Shown here: positions 13,498 to 27,670 of the stretch, in pieces | How the letters are laid out: the number at the start of each line of letters is the position of its first letter | Position numbering within the stretch: the first letter of the stretch is position 1 | NCBI RefSeq assembly: GCF_009914755.1 | Contig: NC_060947.1 | Length of the DNA stretch: 64,000 nucleotides | Direction: 5' to 3' (one strand) | Source of the DNA: the human T2T-CHM13v2.0 reference genome, Homo sapiens | The notes under the pieces: model-generated | Database searches by the model: none | What the model saw: only the letters and a program-made list of their open reading frames with translations | What the model was told of the DNA's origin: nothing | Program-made: the position numbers and the translations under genes

Positions 13498-13687
13498 ACA
13501 GCTAAAACCCACCAAAACCAAGATGGTGACAAAAGTGAGGTCTGGTGGTCCTCACTGCTCATTATACTCTAATTAAAAGGCATTAGCGTGCTAAAACACC
13601 CTCCCACCAGTGCCATGACAGTTTTGAAATGCTATGGCAACATCCAGAAATTACCGTAAATGGTTTAAAAGGTGGAGAAACCCTCAG

Positions 13688-13717
13688 TTCCAGGAATTCC
13701 CTGTTCCTTTCCCAGAA
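13688..13717 (+). promoter_or_regulatory. Tandem GAS (STAT1) motifs in MER41B
   Basis: TTCCAGGAA (13688-13696) and TTCCCAGAA (13709-13717) both match TTCNNNGAA. Confidence 0.65.
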
Positions 13718-13959
13718 AACTCATGAATAATCTACCCCTTGTTTAGCATATAATCAAGAAATAACCGTAAGTATACTAAGTCAAGCAGCCCATACCACTG
13801 CTCTGCCTATGAAGTAGCCATTCTTTTGTCTCTTTACTTCTCTAATAACCTTGCTTACACCTTACTCTATGGACTCGCCCCGAATTCTTTCTTGCGCAAG
13901 ATCCAGGAACCCTCTCTTAGGGTCTGAATCAGGACCCCTTTCCAGTAACACCAGGAGTC

Positions 13960-14060
13960 CCAACCCAGAATCATAAACTCTTGAGGTGGGCCCAGCATCT
14001 GTTTTAACAAGCCCTTTGGGGATGCTGATGCATGTTCAAGTTTGAGAACCACTGCTCTAG
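13960..14060. mobile_element. MER5A fragment
   Basis: GTGGGCCCAGCATCTGTTTTAACAAGCCC...AAGTTTGAGAACCACTG. Confidence 0.75.
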
Positions 14061-14798
14061 GCAGAAGAGTTGACGGCTTTCCAATCTCTGAGTCCCTTAG
14101 TTTCTTATCATGGTGACATGGGTTTTACACACGTGATTTCATTGTATAGCCCCAGGGGATAATAATACCCTGCAAGACAGATGTATTGCTAGCTGCTGAA
14201 ATGAATAAGCCTAAGTTTTCAGTAGCTTAACACAATAGAAATGTATTTCTAGCTCATAGAGCCTAACGCAGGAGTCTGCGTTAAATGGACTCTGCTTCAC
14301 ACAGTTATTCAGAGACACAAGCTGATGAAAGCTTTTTCATCTTCCTCATTAGGCTTCCAAAGTCACCCGGGAGTTAGTATGGAGCCAAAAGATGGGAGAA
14401 GAGAGCATAAAGAATACACACCTACTTCATAGGTACTTTAGCCCAGCAGTGATCACTTCCAGCCACATATGATGAGTGAGAACCAGTCTCATTTGGGCCC
14501 TACCTAGAGGCAAATGATACTAAGAAATGTACTGCCTGCCTGGAAAAGTTGCTCCCTAGCCACAACTGTATACTACAGAAGGGGGTGTAAATTTTTGACA
14601 AACAGCTGTCATTTCCACCACAGTTTTGCAGACAAGCAAAGGGATTACAGTTTTGCAGATGAATAAAGTTTTAGCCAGATTAAATAATTCTCTGCAAGTC
14701 ACACAGCTTGTTAAAGCTGGAGTGGGAAGTCAAACCACGGTCTGTCTAACTCCAAAGCCTTGCTCTTTAAAATACCTCATCATGCCCATAGTCACCCC

Positions 14799-15283
14799 GT
14801 GTGGTAGAATAAATAATCCCCCCATCCACCACCCCCACCAAAGATGCCCATGTCCTACTCCGGAGAACCTATAAATATGTTACCATATATGGCAAAGAGA
14901 CTTTGCAGACGTGATTAAGTTAAGGATGTTGAGATAATCCTGGATTCTTTGGGTGGGCCCAACGTAGTCACAAGGGTAGACATAAGAGGGAGCAACAGAA
15001 TTAAGGTCAGAGAGAAAAAGGATACGTGACAATGGAACCAGAGGGTGGAGTTGTGTTTTAAAGATGGAGGAACGACCACAAGCCAAGAGATGTGAGTGTC
15101 TTCTAGAAGCTGAAAAAGGCAAGGCAATAGATTCTCCCCCCGAAGACTCCAGAAGGAACACATTCCTGCCAACACCATGATTTTAGACTTTTGACCACCA
15201 GAACTGTAATAGAATGAATTTATGTTGTTTTAAGCCACTAAGTTTGTGGTAATTTGTTACAGCAACAACAGGAAACTAATAAC
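14799..15283 (+). mobile_element. MLT1C/D-like MaLR solo LTR
   Basis: TGTGGTAG...GACTTTGCAGACGTGATTAAGTTAAGGAT...TTTGTGGTAATTTGTTACAGCAAC...AAACTAATA. Confidence 0.85.
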
Positions 15284-15559
15284 CCTTACAGTACCATGTT
15301 TTTCGTTGAGTAACTTGGTAACAGAGTCCATTTGGCAGGACCCTAAGATCTCTCCTCTCCATTTTTCCTTAGTCCCATCCAACAAGAAGTCCTACTCTCA
15401 TCTGTGTCTTCCCAGCACACCCCAGGGATAGAGCTGACCAGGGAAATGATGTGCCCTCATACTCTCAGAACTTCACACAGAGCCAAGATGTCAACCAAGC
15501 ATCACTTTCAAAGTACCGAAAAAAAAATAATTAACATTTGAAAGTTCTACATATTGATA

Positions 15560-15778
15560 ATTTTTATTTTATTTTATTTTTTTGAGACAGGGCCTCCCTC
15601 TGTCATTCTGGCTGGGGTACAATGGCACGATCAGGGCTCACTGCAACCTCGACCTCCTGGACTCAGGTATTCCTCCCGCCTCAGCCTCCAGAGTAGCTGA
15701 GACCACAGGTGTGTGCCACCACACCTAGCTAATATTTTTTTTTTTTGTAGAGACAGGGTTTCACCATGTTGCCCAGGG
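15560..15778 (-). mobile_element. AluJ, partial
   Basis: TTTGAGACAGGG...GCTCACTGCAACCTCGACCTCCTGG...TGTAGAGACAGGGTTTCACCATGTTGCCCAGG. Confidence 0.85.
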
Positions 15779-16778
15779 TGCATTCATGATTTTTTAGAGT
15801 GCTCAGAAAACTAGGAACAGAGGAAAATGTCCTCAATTTGATAAAGAGTTACAGCTAAAATCATACTTGACGGTGAAGGACTGAATGCTTTTCCTCTAAG
15901 ATTAGGAACAAAGAAGGGATGTTCACTCTTACCACATAATGCTGTGCTGAAAAGCACAATAAAGCAAGAAAAGGAAATAGGATATAGACAGATTGACAAG
16001 AAAAAGAAAAACAATCCCTATTTGCAGATGGCATAATTGTCTAAATAGAAAATCCTAAAGAATCTACTCCTAAAAATTCCAGAACTAATAAGTTAATTCA
16101 ACAAGGTCACAGATGCAACATAAACATATAAAGATAATCACATTCATATATACTAACAATAAGCATATAAAAACTAAAATTTTGAAGCACAATAACTTTA
16201 CACTTACTCTAAAGAAAATGAAACACTTCAGTATAATCTTTTTCTAAATATGTATAGCATTTGTATCCTGTAAATTACAAAATGCTACTAAGAGAAATCA
16301 AAGACCTAAATAAATGGAGAGACAAACCATGATCATGCACTAAAAGATTCAACATAGTAAAGATGTCAATTCTCCCCAAATTGAAAAGTATAGGTTCAAT
16401 GCAATGACTATCAAAATTCCAGTAAGGATTTTTATAGTACAGACAAAGTTATTCTAAAATTTATATGAAAAACCAAAGGACCTAGAATAGCTAAAAGAAA
16501 CAATTTTAAAAAAGAGTAAAATGGGAGGAATCACTCTACAGATATTATGACATTCTATACAGCTACAGTAACCAAGACAGTGTAATAGTAACAGAGGGAT
16601 AAACACATAGATCTATGAAACAGAATAGAGAATATAGAAATACACACACACAAATATGCCCAATTGATTTTTTAACAAATATGCAAAAGTAATTCAATAG
16701 GAAAAACAGCCTTTCCAACACATGGTATTGGAACAATTAAACATCCATATGCAGAAAAAAATAAATCTCAACCTAGTT

Positions 16779-16809
16779 CTACACTTGATCTTAGCCAAAA
16801 GGCCAAGAA
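16779..16809 (-). pseudogene. 3'-truncated U2 snRNA retrocopy (~U2 nt 6-36)
   Basis: Reverse complement TTCTTGGCCTTTTGGCTAAGATCAAGTGTAG vs U2 TTCTCGGCCTTTTGGCTAAGATCAAGTGTAG (1 CpG transition); degenerate flanking direct repeats. Confidence 0.9.
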
Positions 16810-16912
16810 AAAAAAAATCCCCTCAACCGAATTCTCACATCTTAGAGAAAATTAATTAGAAATGTATCATGCACCTAAATGTGAAACATTTTTTTAAAAA
16901 ATCTTTGGGATC

Positions 16913-17549
16913 GAGAGGAGCCAAGATGGCCGAATAGGAACAGCTCCCGTCTACAGCTCCCAGCGTGAGCGACGCAGAAGACAGGTGATTTCTGCATTTC
17001 CACCTGAGGTACCGGGTACATCTCACTTGGGAGTGCCAGACAGTGGGTGCAGGTCAGTGGGTGCACGCACCGTGCGCGAGCCGAAGCAGGGCGAGGCATT
17101 GCCTCACTTGGGAAGCGCAAGGGGTCAGGGAGTTCCCTTTCCTAGTCAAAGAAAGGGGTGACAGACGCACCTGGAAAATCGGGTCACTCCCACCCGAATA
17201 CTGCGCTTTTCTGACGGGCTTGAAAAATGGCGCACCACGAGATTATATCCCACACCTGGCTCGGAGGGTCCTACTCCCACGGAGTCTCGCTGATTGCTAG
17301 CACAGCAGTCTGAGATCAAACTGCAAGGCGGCAGCGAGGCTGGGGGAGGGGCGCCCGCCATTGCCCAGGCTTGCTTAGGTAAACAAAGCAGCCGGGAAGC
17401 TCCAACTGGGTGGAGCCCACCACAGCTCAAGGAGGCCTGCCTGCCTCTGTAGGCTCCACCTCTGGGGGCAGGGCACAGACAAACAAAAAGACAGCAGTAA
17501 CCTCTGCAGACTTAAATGTCCCTGTCTGACAGCTTTAAAGAGAGCAGTG
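16913..17549 (+). promoter_or_regulatory. L1 5'UTR internal sense promoter and antisense promoter region, CpG-rich
   Basis: YY1 site CAAGATGGCC at 16922-16931; many CpGs retained; first ~637 nt uninterrupted. Confidence 0.8.
17146..17361 (-). CDS. ORF0: L1 ORF0 (71 aa antisense ORF), intact
   Basis: MAGAPPPASLPPCSLISDCCASNQRDSVGVGPSEPGVGY...RVGVTRFSRCVCHPFL, ATG at 17361. Confidence 0.8.
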   Translation of the reverse strand: MAGAPPPASLPPCSLISDCCASNQRDSVGVGPSEPGVGYNLVVRHFSSPSEKRSIRVGVTRFSRCVCHPFL

Positions 17550-18138
17550 TGGAAGTCAGTGTGGCGATTCCTCAGGGATCTAGAACTAGAAATACCATTT
17601 GACCCAGCCATCCCATTACTGGGTATATACCCAAAGGACTATAAATCATGCTGCTATAAAGACACATGCACACGTATGTTTATTGCGGCATTATTCACAA
17701 TAGCAAAGACTTGGAACCAACCCAAATGTCCAACAATGATAGACTGGATTAAGAAAATGTGGCACATATACACCATGGAATACTATGCAGCCATAAAAAA
17801 TGATGAGTTCATGTCTTTTGTAGGGACATGGATGAAATTGGAAATCATCATTCTCAGTAAACTATCACAAGAACAAAAAACCAAACACCGCATATTCTCA
17901 CTCATAGGTGGGAATTGAACAATGAGATCACATGGACACAGGAAGGGGAATATCAAACTCTGGGGACTGTGGTGGGGTGGGGGGAGTGGGGAGGGATAGC
18001 ATTGGGAGATATACCTAATGCTAGATGACGAGTTGGTGGGTGCAGCGCACCAGCATGGCACATCTATACATATGTAACTAACCTGCACAATGGGCACATG
18101 TACCCTAAAACTTAAAGTATAATAATTAAAAAAAAAAA
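17550..18138 (+). mobile_element. 5'-truncated L1PA2-like insertion nested in the host L1 5'UTR
   Basis: Matches host 22951-23530 with about 12 differences; poly(A) tail; 13-bp TSD AAAGAGAGCAGTG (17537-17549 / 18139-18151); TG microhomology at the 5' junction. Confidence 0.97.
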
Positions 18139-18411
18139 AAAGAGAGCAGTGGTTCTCCCAGCACACAGCTGGAGATCTGAGAACGGGCAGACTGCCTCCT
18201 CAAGTGGGTCCCTGACCCCCGAGCAGCCTAACTGGGAGGCACCCCCCAGCAAGGGCACACTGACACCTCACACGGCCGGGTACTCCAACAGACCTGCAGT
18301 TGAGGGTCCTGTCTGTTAGAAGGAAAACTAACAAACAGAAAGGACATCCACACCAAAAACCCATCTGTACATCACCATCATCAAAGACCAAAAGTAGATA
18401 AAACCACAAAG

Positions 18412-19428
18412 ATGGGGAAAAAACAGAACAGAAAAACTGGAAACTCTAAAAAGCAGAGCGCCTCTCCTCCTCCAAAGGAACGCAGTTCCTCATCAGCAAC
18501 GGAACAAAGCTGGATGGAGAATGACTTCGACGAGCTGAGAGAAGAAGGCTTCAGACGATCAAATTACTCCGAGCTACAGGAGGAAATTCAAACCAAAGGC
18601 AAAGAAGTTGAAAATTTTGAAAAAAATTTAGAAGAATGTATAACTAGAATAACCAATACAGAGAAGTGCTTAAAGGAGCTGATGGAGCAGAAAACCAAGG
18701 CTCAAGAACTACGTGAAGAATGCAGAAGCCTCAGGAGCCGATGCGATCAACTGGAAGAAAGGGTATCAGCAATGGAAGATGAAATGAATGAAATGAAGTG
18801 AGAAGGGAACTTTAGAGAAAAAAGAATAAAAAGAAATGAGCAAAGCCTCCAAGAAATATGGGACTATGTGAAAAGACCAAATCTACGTCTGATTGGTGTA
18901 CCTGAAAGTGATGGGGAGAATGGAACCAAGTTGGAAAACACTCTGTAGGATATTATCCAGGAGAACTTCCCCAATCTAGCAAGGCAGGCCAACGTTCAGA
19001 TTCAGGAAATACAGAGAACGCCACAAAGATACTCGTCTAGGAGAGCAACTCCGAGACACATAATTGTCAGATTCACCAAAGTTGAAATGAAGGAAAAAAT
19101 GTTAAGGGCAGCCAGAGAGAAAGGTCGGGTTACCCTCAAAGGGAAGCCCATCAGACTAACAGTGGATCTCTCGGCAGAAACCCTACAAGCCAGAAGAGAG
19201 TGGGGGCCAATATTCAACATTCTTAAAGAAAAGAATTTTCAACCCAGAATTTCATATCCAGCCAAACTAAGCTTCATAAGCGAAGGAGAAATAAAATACT
19301 TTACAGACAAGCAAATGCTGAGAGATTTTGTCACCACCAGGCCTGCCTTACAAGAGCTCCTGAAGGAAGCACTAAACATGGAAAGGAACAACCAGTACCA
19401 GCCGCTGCAAAATCATGCCAAAATGTAA
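18412..19428 (+). pseudogene. ORF1: L1 ORF1 (338 codons) disrupted by two in-frame nonsense codons
   Basis: MGKKQNRKTG...QNHAKM in one frame; TGA at 18799-18801 (codon 130) and TAG at 18946-18948 (codon 179). Confidence 0.95.
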
Positions 19429-19464
19429 AGACCATCGAGACTAGGAAGAAACTGCATCAACTAA

Positions 19465-23319
<3,855 letters not shown>

Positions 23320-23520
23320 ACAATGAGATCACATGGACACAGGAAGGGGAATATCACACCCTGGGGACTGTTGTGGGGTGGGAGGAGGGGGGAGGGATAG
23401 CATTGGGAGATATACCTAATGCTAGATGACGAGTTAGTGGGTGCAGCGCACCAGCATGGCACATGTATACATATGTAACTAACCTACACAATGTGCACAT
23501 GTACCCTAAAACTTAAAGTA

Positions 23521-23580
23521 TAATAAAAAAATTAAATTAAATTAAATTAAATTAAAAACAAACAAACAAACAAACAAAAA
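23521..23580 (+). repeat. L1 tail converted to (TTAAA)n and (CAAA)n
   Basis: AATAAA at 23522, then attaaattaaattaa...acaaacaaacaaac. Confidence 0.9.
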
Positions 23581-23793
23581 ATCTTTGGGATCTAGTCCTA
23601 GGCAAAGAGTTTATAGACTTGATAACAAAGCACAATCCCTAAAAGAAGAAACTGATGAATTCCACCTCATAAAATTTTAAAACCTTTGCTCTGGGAAAGA
23701 TTCTGTTAGGAGGATGAAAAGACAAACTACATACTGGGAGAAAATATTTGCAAACCACACATCAAACAAAAGGCTTGTATCTAAAATATATTT

Positions 23794-24010
23794 TGGACAC
23801 AGGAAGAGGAACATCACACTCTGGGGACTGTTGTGGGGTGGGGGGTGGGGGGAGGGATAGCATTAGGAGATATACGTAATGCTAAATGACGAGTTAATGG
23901 GTGCAGCACACCAGCATGGCACATGTATACATATGTAACTAACCTGCACATTGTGCACATGTACCCTAAAACTTAAGGTATAATAATAATAAAATAAAAT
24001 AAAATAAAAA
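23794..24010 (+). mobile_element. Short L1PA3/4-like 3'UTR insertion
   Basis: TGGACACAGGAAG...CATTAGGAGATATAC...GCTAAATGACGAGTTAATGG plus (TAAAA)n tail; older diagnostic bases than the other two copies. Confidence 0.9.
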
Positions 24011-24808
24011 AATTTTAAATTCAACATTGAAAAATACAAACAGCCCAATTATAAAAGGGACAAAATATATGAACAGACATTTCACTGAAGAGTACATATA
24101 GATAGCAAATAAGCACATGTAAAGATATCCTGCATCGTTAGCCATTAAGGAAATGTGGGTTAAAACCACAGTGAGAGATCACTACACACCTATCAGAACG
24201 TGTAAAACAAAAAATAATGATAACACTAAGTGTTGACGAGGTTGCAGAAAAAACTGAGCACTCATGCATTACTGCTGGAAATGTAAAATGGTACAGCCAG
24301 TATGGAGGAATTTCCTTATAAAACTGTATGCTTGCATTTACCAGACAACCCAGAATTGCTCATATCCCCCCAAAAATGGAAACAGGTTGACTCAAAAACC
24401 TATACATGAACATTCATAGCAGTTCTATTCATAATAGCCCAAAATGTGAAACAGCCCAAATGCCAATGGTTAAGCAAACTTTGGTCCATCCATACCATGG
24501 AATACTACTCAGCGATAAAAAGGGACAAACTACTGATACATGCAATAACTTGGATGGCCCCCAATGGAATGATGCTAAGTGAAAAAGCCAATCTCAAAAG
24601 GCTACATACTATTATTTCACATATGTAACATCCTTGAAATAACAAAACTATAGAGATAGAACAGATTCATGGTTGCCAGGGATTGGAGATTGTGAGGAAG
24701 GAGTATGTGAATATAAAGAAGTAGCATAAGTAATGATGGAGAAGCTCTGTGTAGTGATTGTTATGTAATTACACGAAGCTACCTACACGTCATAAAATTT
24801 CATGGACC

Positions 24809-24830
24809 TACACACACACACACACACACA
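24809..24830 (+). repeat. (CA)n microsatellite
   Basis: acacacacacacacacacacaca seen directly. Confidence 0.9.
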
Positions 24831-27164
24831 AATGAGTACCTGTATAACTAGTGAAATCTGAATAAGCTCTGTAGGTTGTATCAACGTCAATTTCCTGGTT
24901 TTGATATAGTTAAGCAAGATGTCAACATTGATAAAGGTGGGGTGTAGGGTGCACAGGACCTTCTTGTACATATCTTTGCAACTTCATGTAAATCTAGAAT
25001 TATTTTTTAAATAGTTTAAATTTTTTTAATAAAAATAAAGCGCTCTTGACAGTTTACAAAATGATGTCACGAGCATTATTTGATTCAAGATAAGCCTCCC
25101 TAGGAGGCTAACCCCTTGGCCTAGGAGGTTGCATAAAGGAGATTTGCGCCCCATTTTACAGATGGACAATGAGATGCAGATGAACAGCTGCCCAAGGTCA
25201 CGCAGTTGCTAAGTGATTGTGAAGACAGGTAGTTAACCTCACCTTTGATGATCCCCCAATCCAATGCTCTCTCTTCCTTCTTCCTTCTTTCCATATAGCA
25301 GGCATGAACCTTAATGGCAGGAATTTAACTGTACCAGAAATTTCCCCATTTCATTGTATTCTTTGGACCAAAGTACATAAGGCTCTAAACACTCATTCTT
25401 TCATGCTTGTATAAAATTCAATTTTTGACACTATTGAGTTCCCTCCCCTGCCCTGGAGTCACACAAAACACTGGGAGGCTTCTATGATGCCTAGGAAATA
25501 GGCAAAATGCATCTTCAAGTCCCCCCTAAGCTGCCATCATCATTGTCTTAGTACACATGGTATATAGAAGACCAGGTGCCCAAGGTTCCAACTATACCAT
25601 GGTGCATTGCCCTAGGGTGTAAAAACCTCCAAGACGCTAAATGACATTTTCAAGATACCAGTGTTGGCCAAGTCTCCATTAATGGAGAGATCACAACTAC
25701 CATCCCCACTCCATTCATTTTATTAAGAGCTTCTTTTTGAATAAAATATTACTTCTTATATTTTATACTGGTTTATTATTTGTGGTTATAAGAAAAAAAT
25801 TTAAGCAAATTGGTATACATGTTTTGTTGCTGAGATACATGGTAGACAAGAAAAGATTTTCAGGCATAAAAATACACTACATCAATATAAAATTCTCTGG
25901 GGAAAGTGAAATGGAAATATAATTTCAAGGAGTAAAGAGAATGATGTAAAATTTCTGACTGTCAAAGAGCTTGTCATATACTTTTAAAATAGATAATGGT
26001 GGCTGTCATATCATAATATTTTGATTCCAGTAGGTATGATATAAGAGTTTTATTTTTAAATGTCAATATTTACAATATACTGACTATCACATCCTTTGGA
26101 ACCACAGTATTTAAACTTATAAAGTATTTTAGGTTTCAACTCTGTAAGTGTGAGGGAGTATGTAGTTTTGCAAAATTCTTTTAGGGGATATGCAAGCAAA
26201 AAAGACTTGGAAGATCCTTCACTGAGATGAAAGTTTCCTGCAGCGTGGTATGTGGGCAATTCTTCTCTTGGAAAACAAAATGATTTTATGTGGCACAATG
26301 ATGGTCCATCAACTTCACTTGTCCAACATTTACCCCTGCCTGTTTCTCCTCCACCATCTGCCATTCACTGTGTCCTACTGTGAAGCTCTTCAACACTCAC
26401 TCTGCACACCCTCCAAAACAACCTTCTATCCTCTACCCCTTCCAGGGCCCTCTCCTAGTCCCTGATGCTGCCCTCTCCCCCAACAGTGACTTCCTTCTCC
26501 GAACTCTACTTTACTACTCCACTGTAATTCCTGCTCTGCTCTCTGCCTCCTCCAGCCTTCCCTCTTCTCCCCTCTATAGTTCCTTCCAAGACTCTTCTCT
26601 GAGCATGCCACAGTCCTTTATGAGTCACAGCCTCCACCTGCCTGCAATCACTCACCCTTAGACTCTGTTCCCTACTTTCACATGGAAATGGACAAACATT
26701 ATAAAAATGGTCCAGAAGTGACTGAATCTCAAATAACACTGCTTTATACATAGGGCTTGTGGATATTCAACAAGTTGCCTGACCAAGCCACTCATCATAT
26801 CGACATGGACAAAATATAGACACGTGCTTACATAAAAATACAGTGAAGTGGGTCCACTTATCTGGTGATATTAGGAACTAGGTCACTACAACTGTGATGG
26901 CATATGATCAGAACTAAAGGGAAATGTAGGCAAGAAATGAGGATGGTAGAGGATGAAGAGATCTCGGTGGGCTTGGCCATTTAGGGAAGCCTGCCTGGAG
27001 CAGAGCTGTGTTCCATCTGTCTCCAAATGTCACCCAGACTCATTGCATTGACCCATCATGCCTCAGAACCTGCACATGCCAGTCTGTGATTTGTAGGTGC
27101 TCTCTTGATGTTTTTCATTGCAACATCTGGAAATAATAAACCCCTTGCTATTCAGAGACAGTCA

Positions 27165-27670
27165 TTGTATCAGTTGGCTATTGCTGTGTAATAACAATCA
27201 CTAAAATGTCAGTGTTTGCAATAAGAATTTATTTATCACAAACGAGTAGTTTGCCGGGGACTCACATGAACCAGCTTGGCTTCAGCTAGATGGCCCTCCT
27301 TCAAGCTGTAGTTCCAGCTGGGATTGGTTTCCTGGTAGGGTCTAAGATCTAGTCTCTTCCACATGGATTAATTCTGGGGCCTGGGCTGAATGAGCAGTAG
27401 CTATCCATGGGAAGATATTCTCATGAAGATAAAGACATGAGAGAGGGAAAATAAGAACACATAAGAAATCCCTGGGCCTTGGCTCAAAACTAAACTTGTG
27501 CTGCTTCTTCCCACATTCCATTGTCCAAAGTAAATCACAAGGCCAAGCTCAAAATCAAGTGATAGAGAAGCCTGTTTTGCCTTTTGTAAGATAAGATGCA
27601 AAGTTACAAGGCAAAGGGCATGGATAAAGAGAGGGGTGTCAAATTAGGACCGATAAACCCTTTTCCTACA
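27165..27670 (-). mobile_element. Old MLT1 MaLR LTR
   Basis: TGTATCAGTTGGCTATTGCTGTGTAATAAC...CACATTCCATTGTCCAAAGTAAATCACAAGGCCAAGC. Confidence 0.65.

Noticed and set aside
13294-13562. Poly-Leu/Ser/Phe ORFs
   Set aside because: Translations of the GAA microsatellite.
17547-17918. 123-aa ORF as a separate gene
   Set aside because: It is the ORF2p C-terminus of the nested insert with a GTG start formed at the junction; nothing suggests translation.
17550-18138. Nested L1 as a self-insertion, local duplication or assembly artefact of the host 3' end
   Set aside because: It has its own TSD and poly(A), differs at about 12 positions, lacks the host's private variants and carries the younger GACTGTGGTG variant. 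The shared ACTATCACAA is a CpG-type change that can recur.
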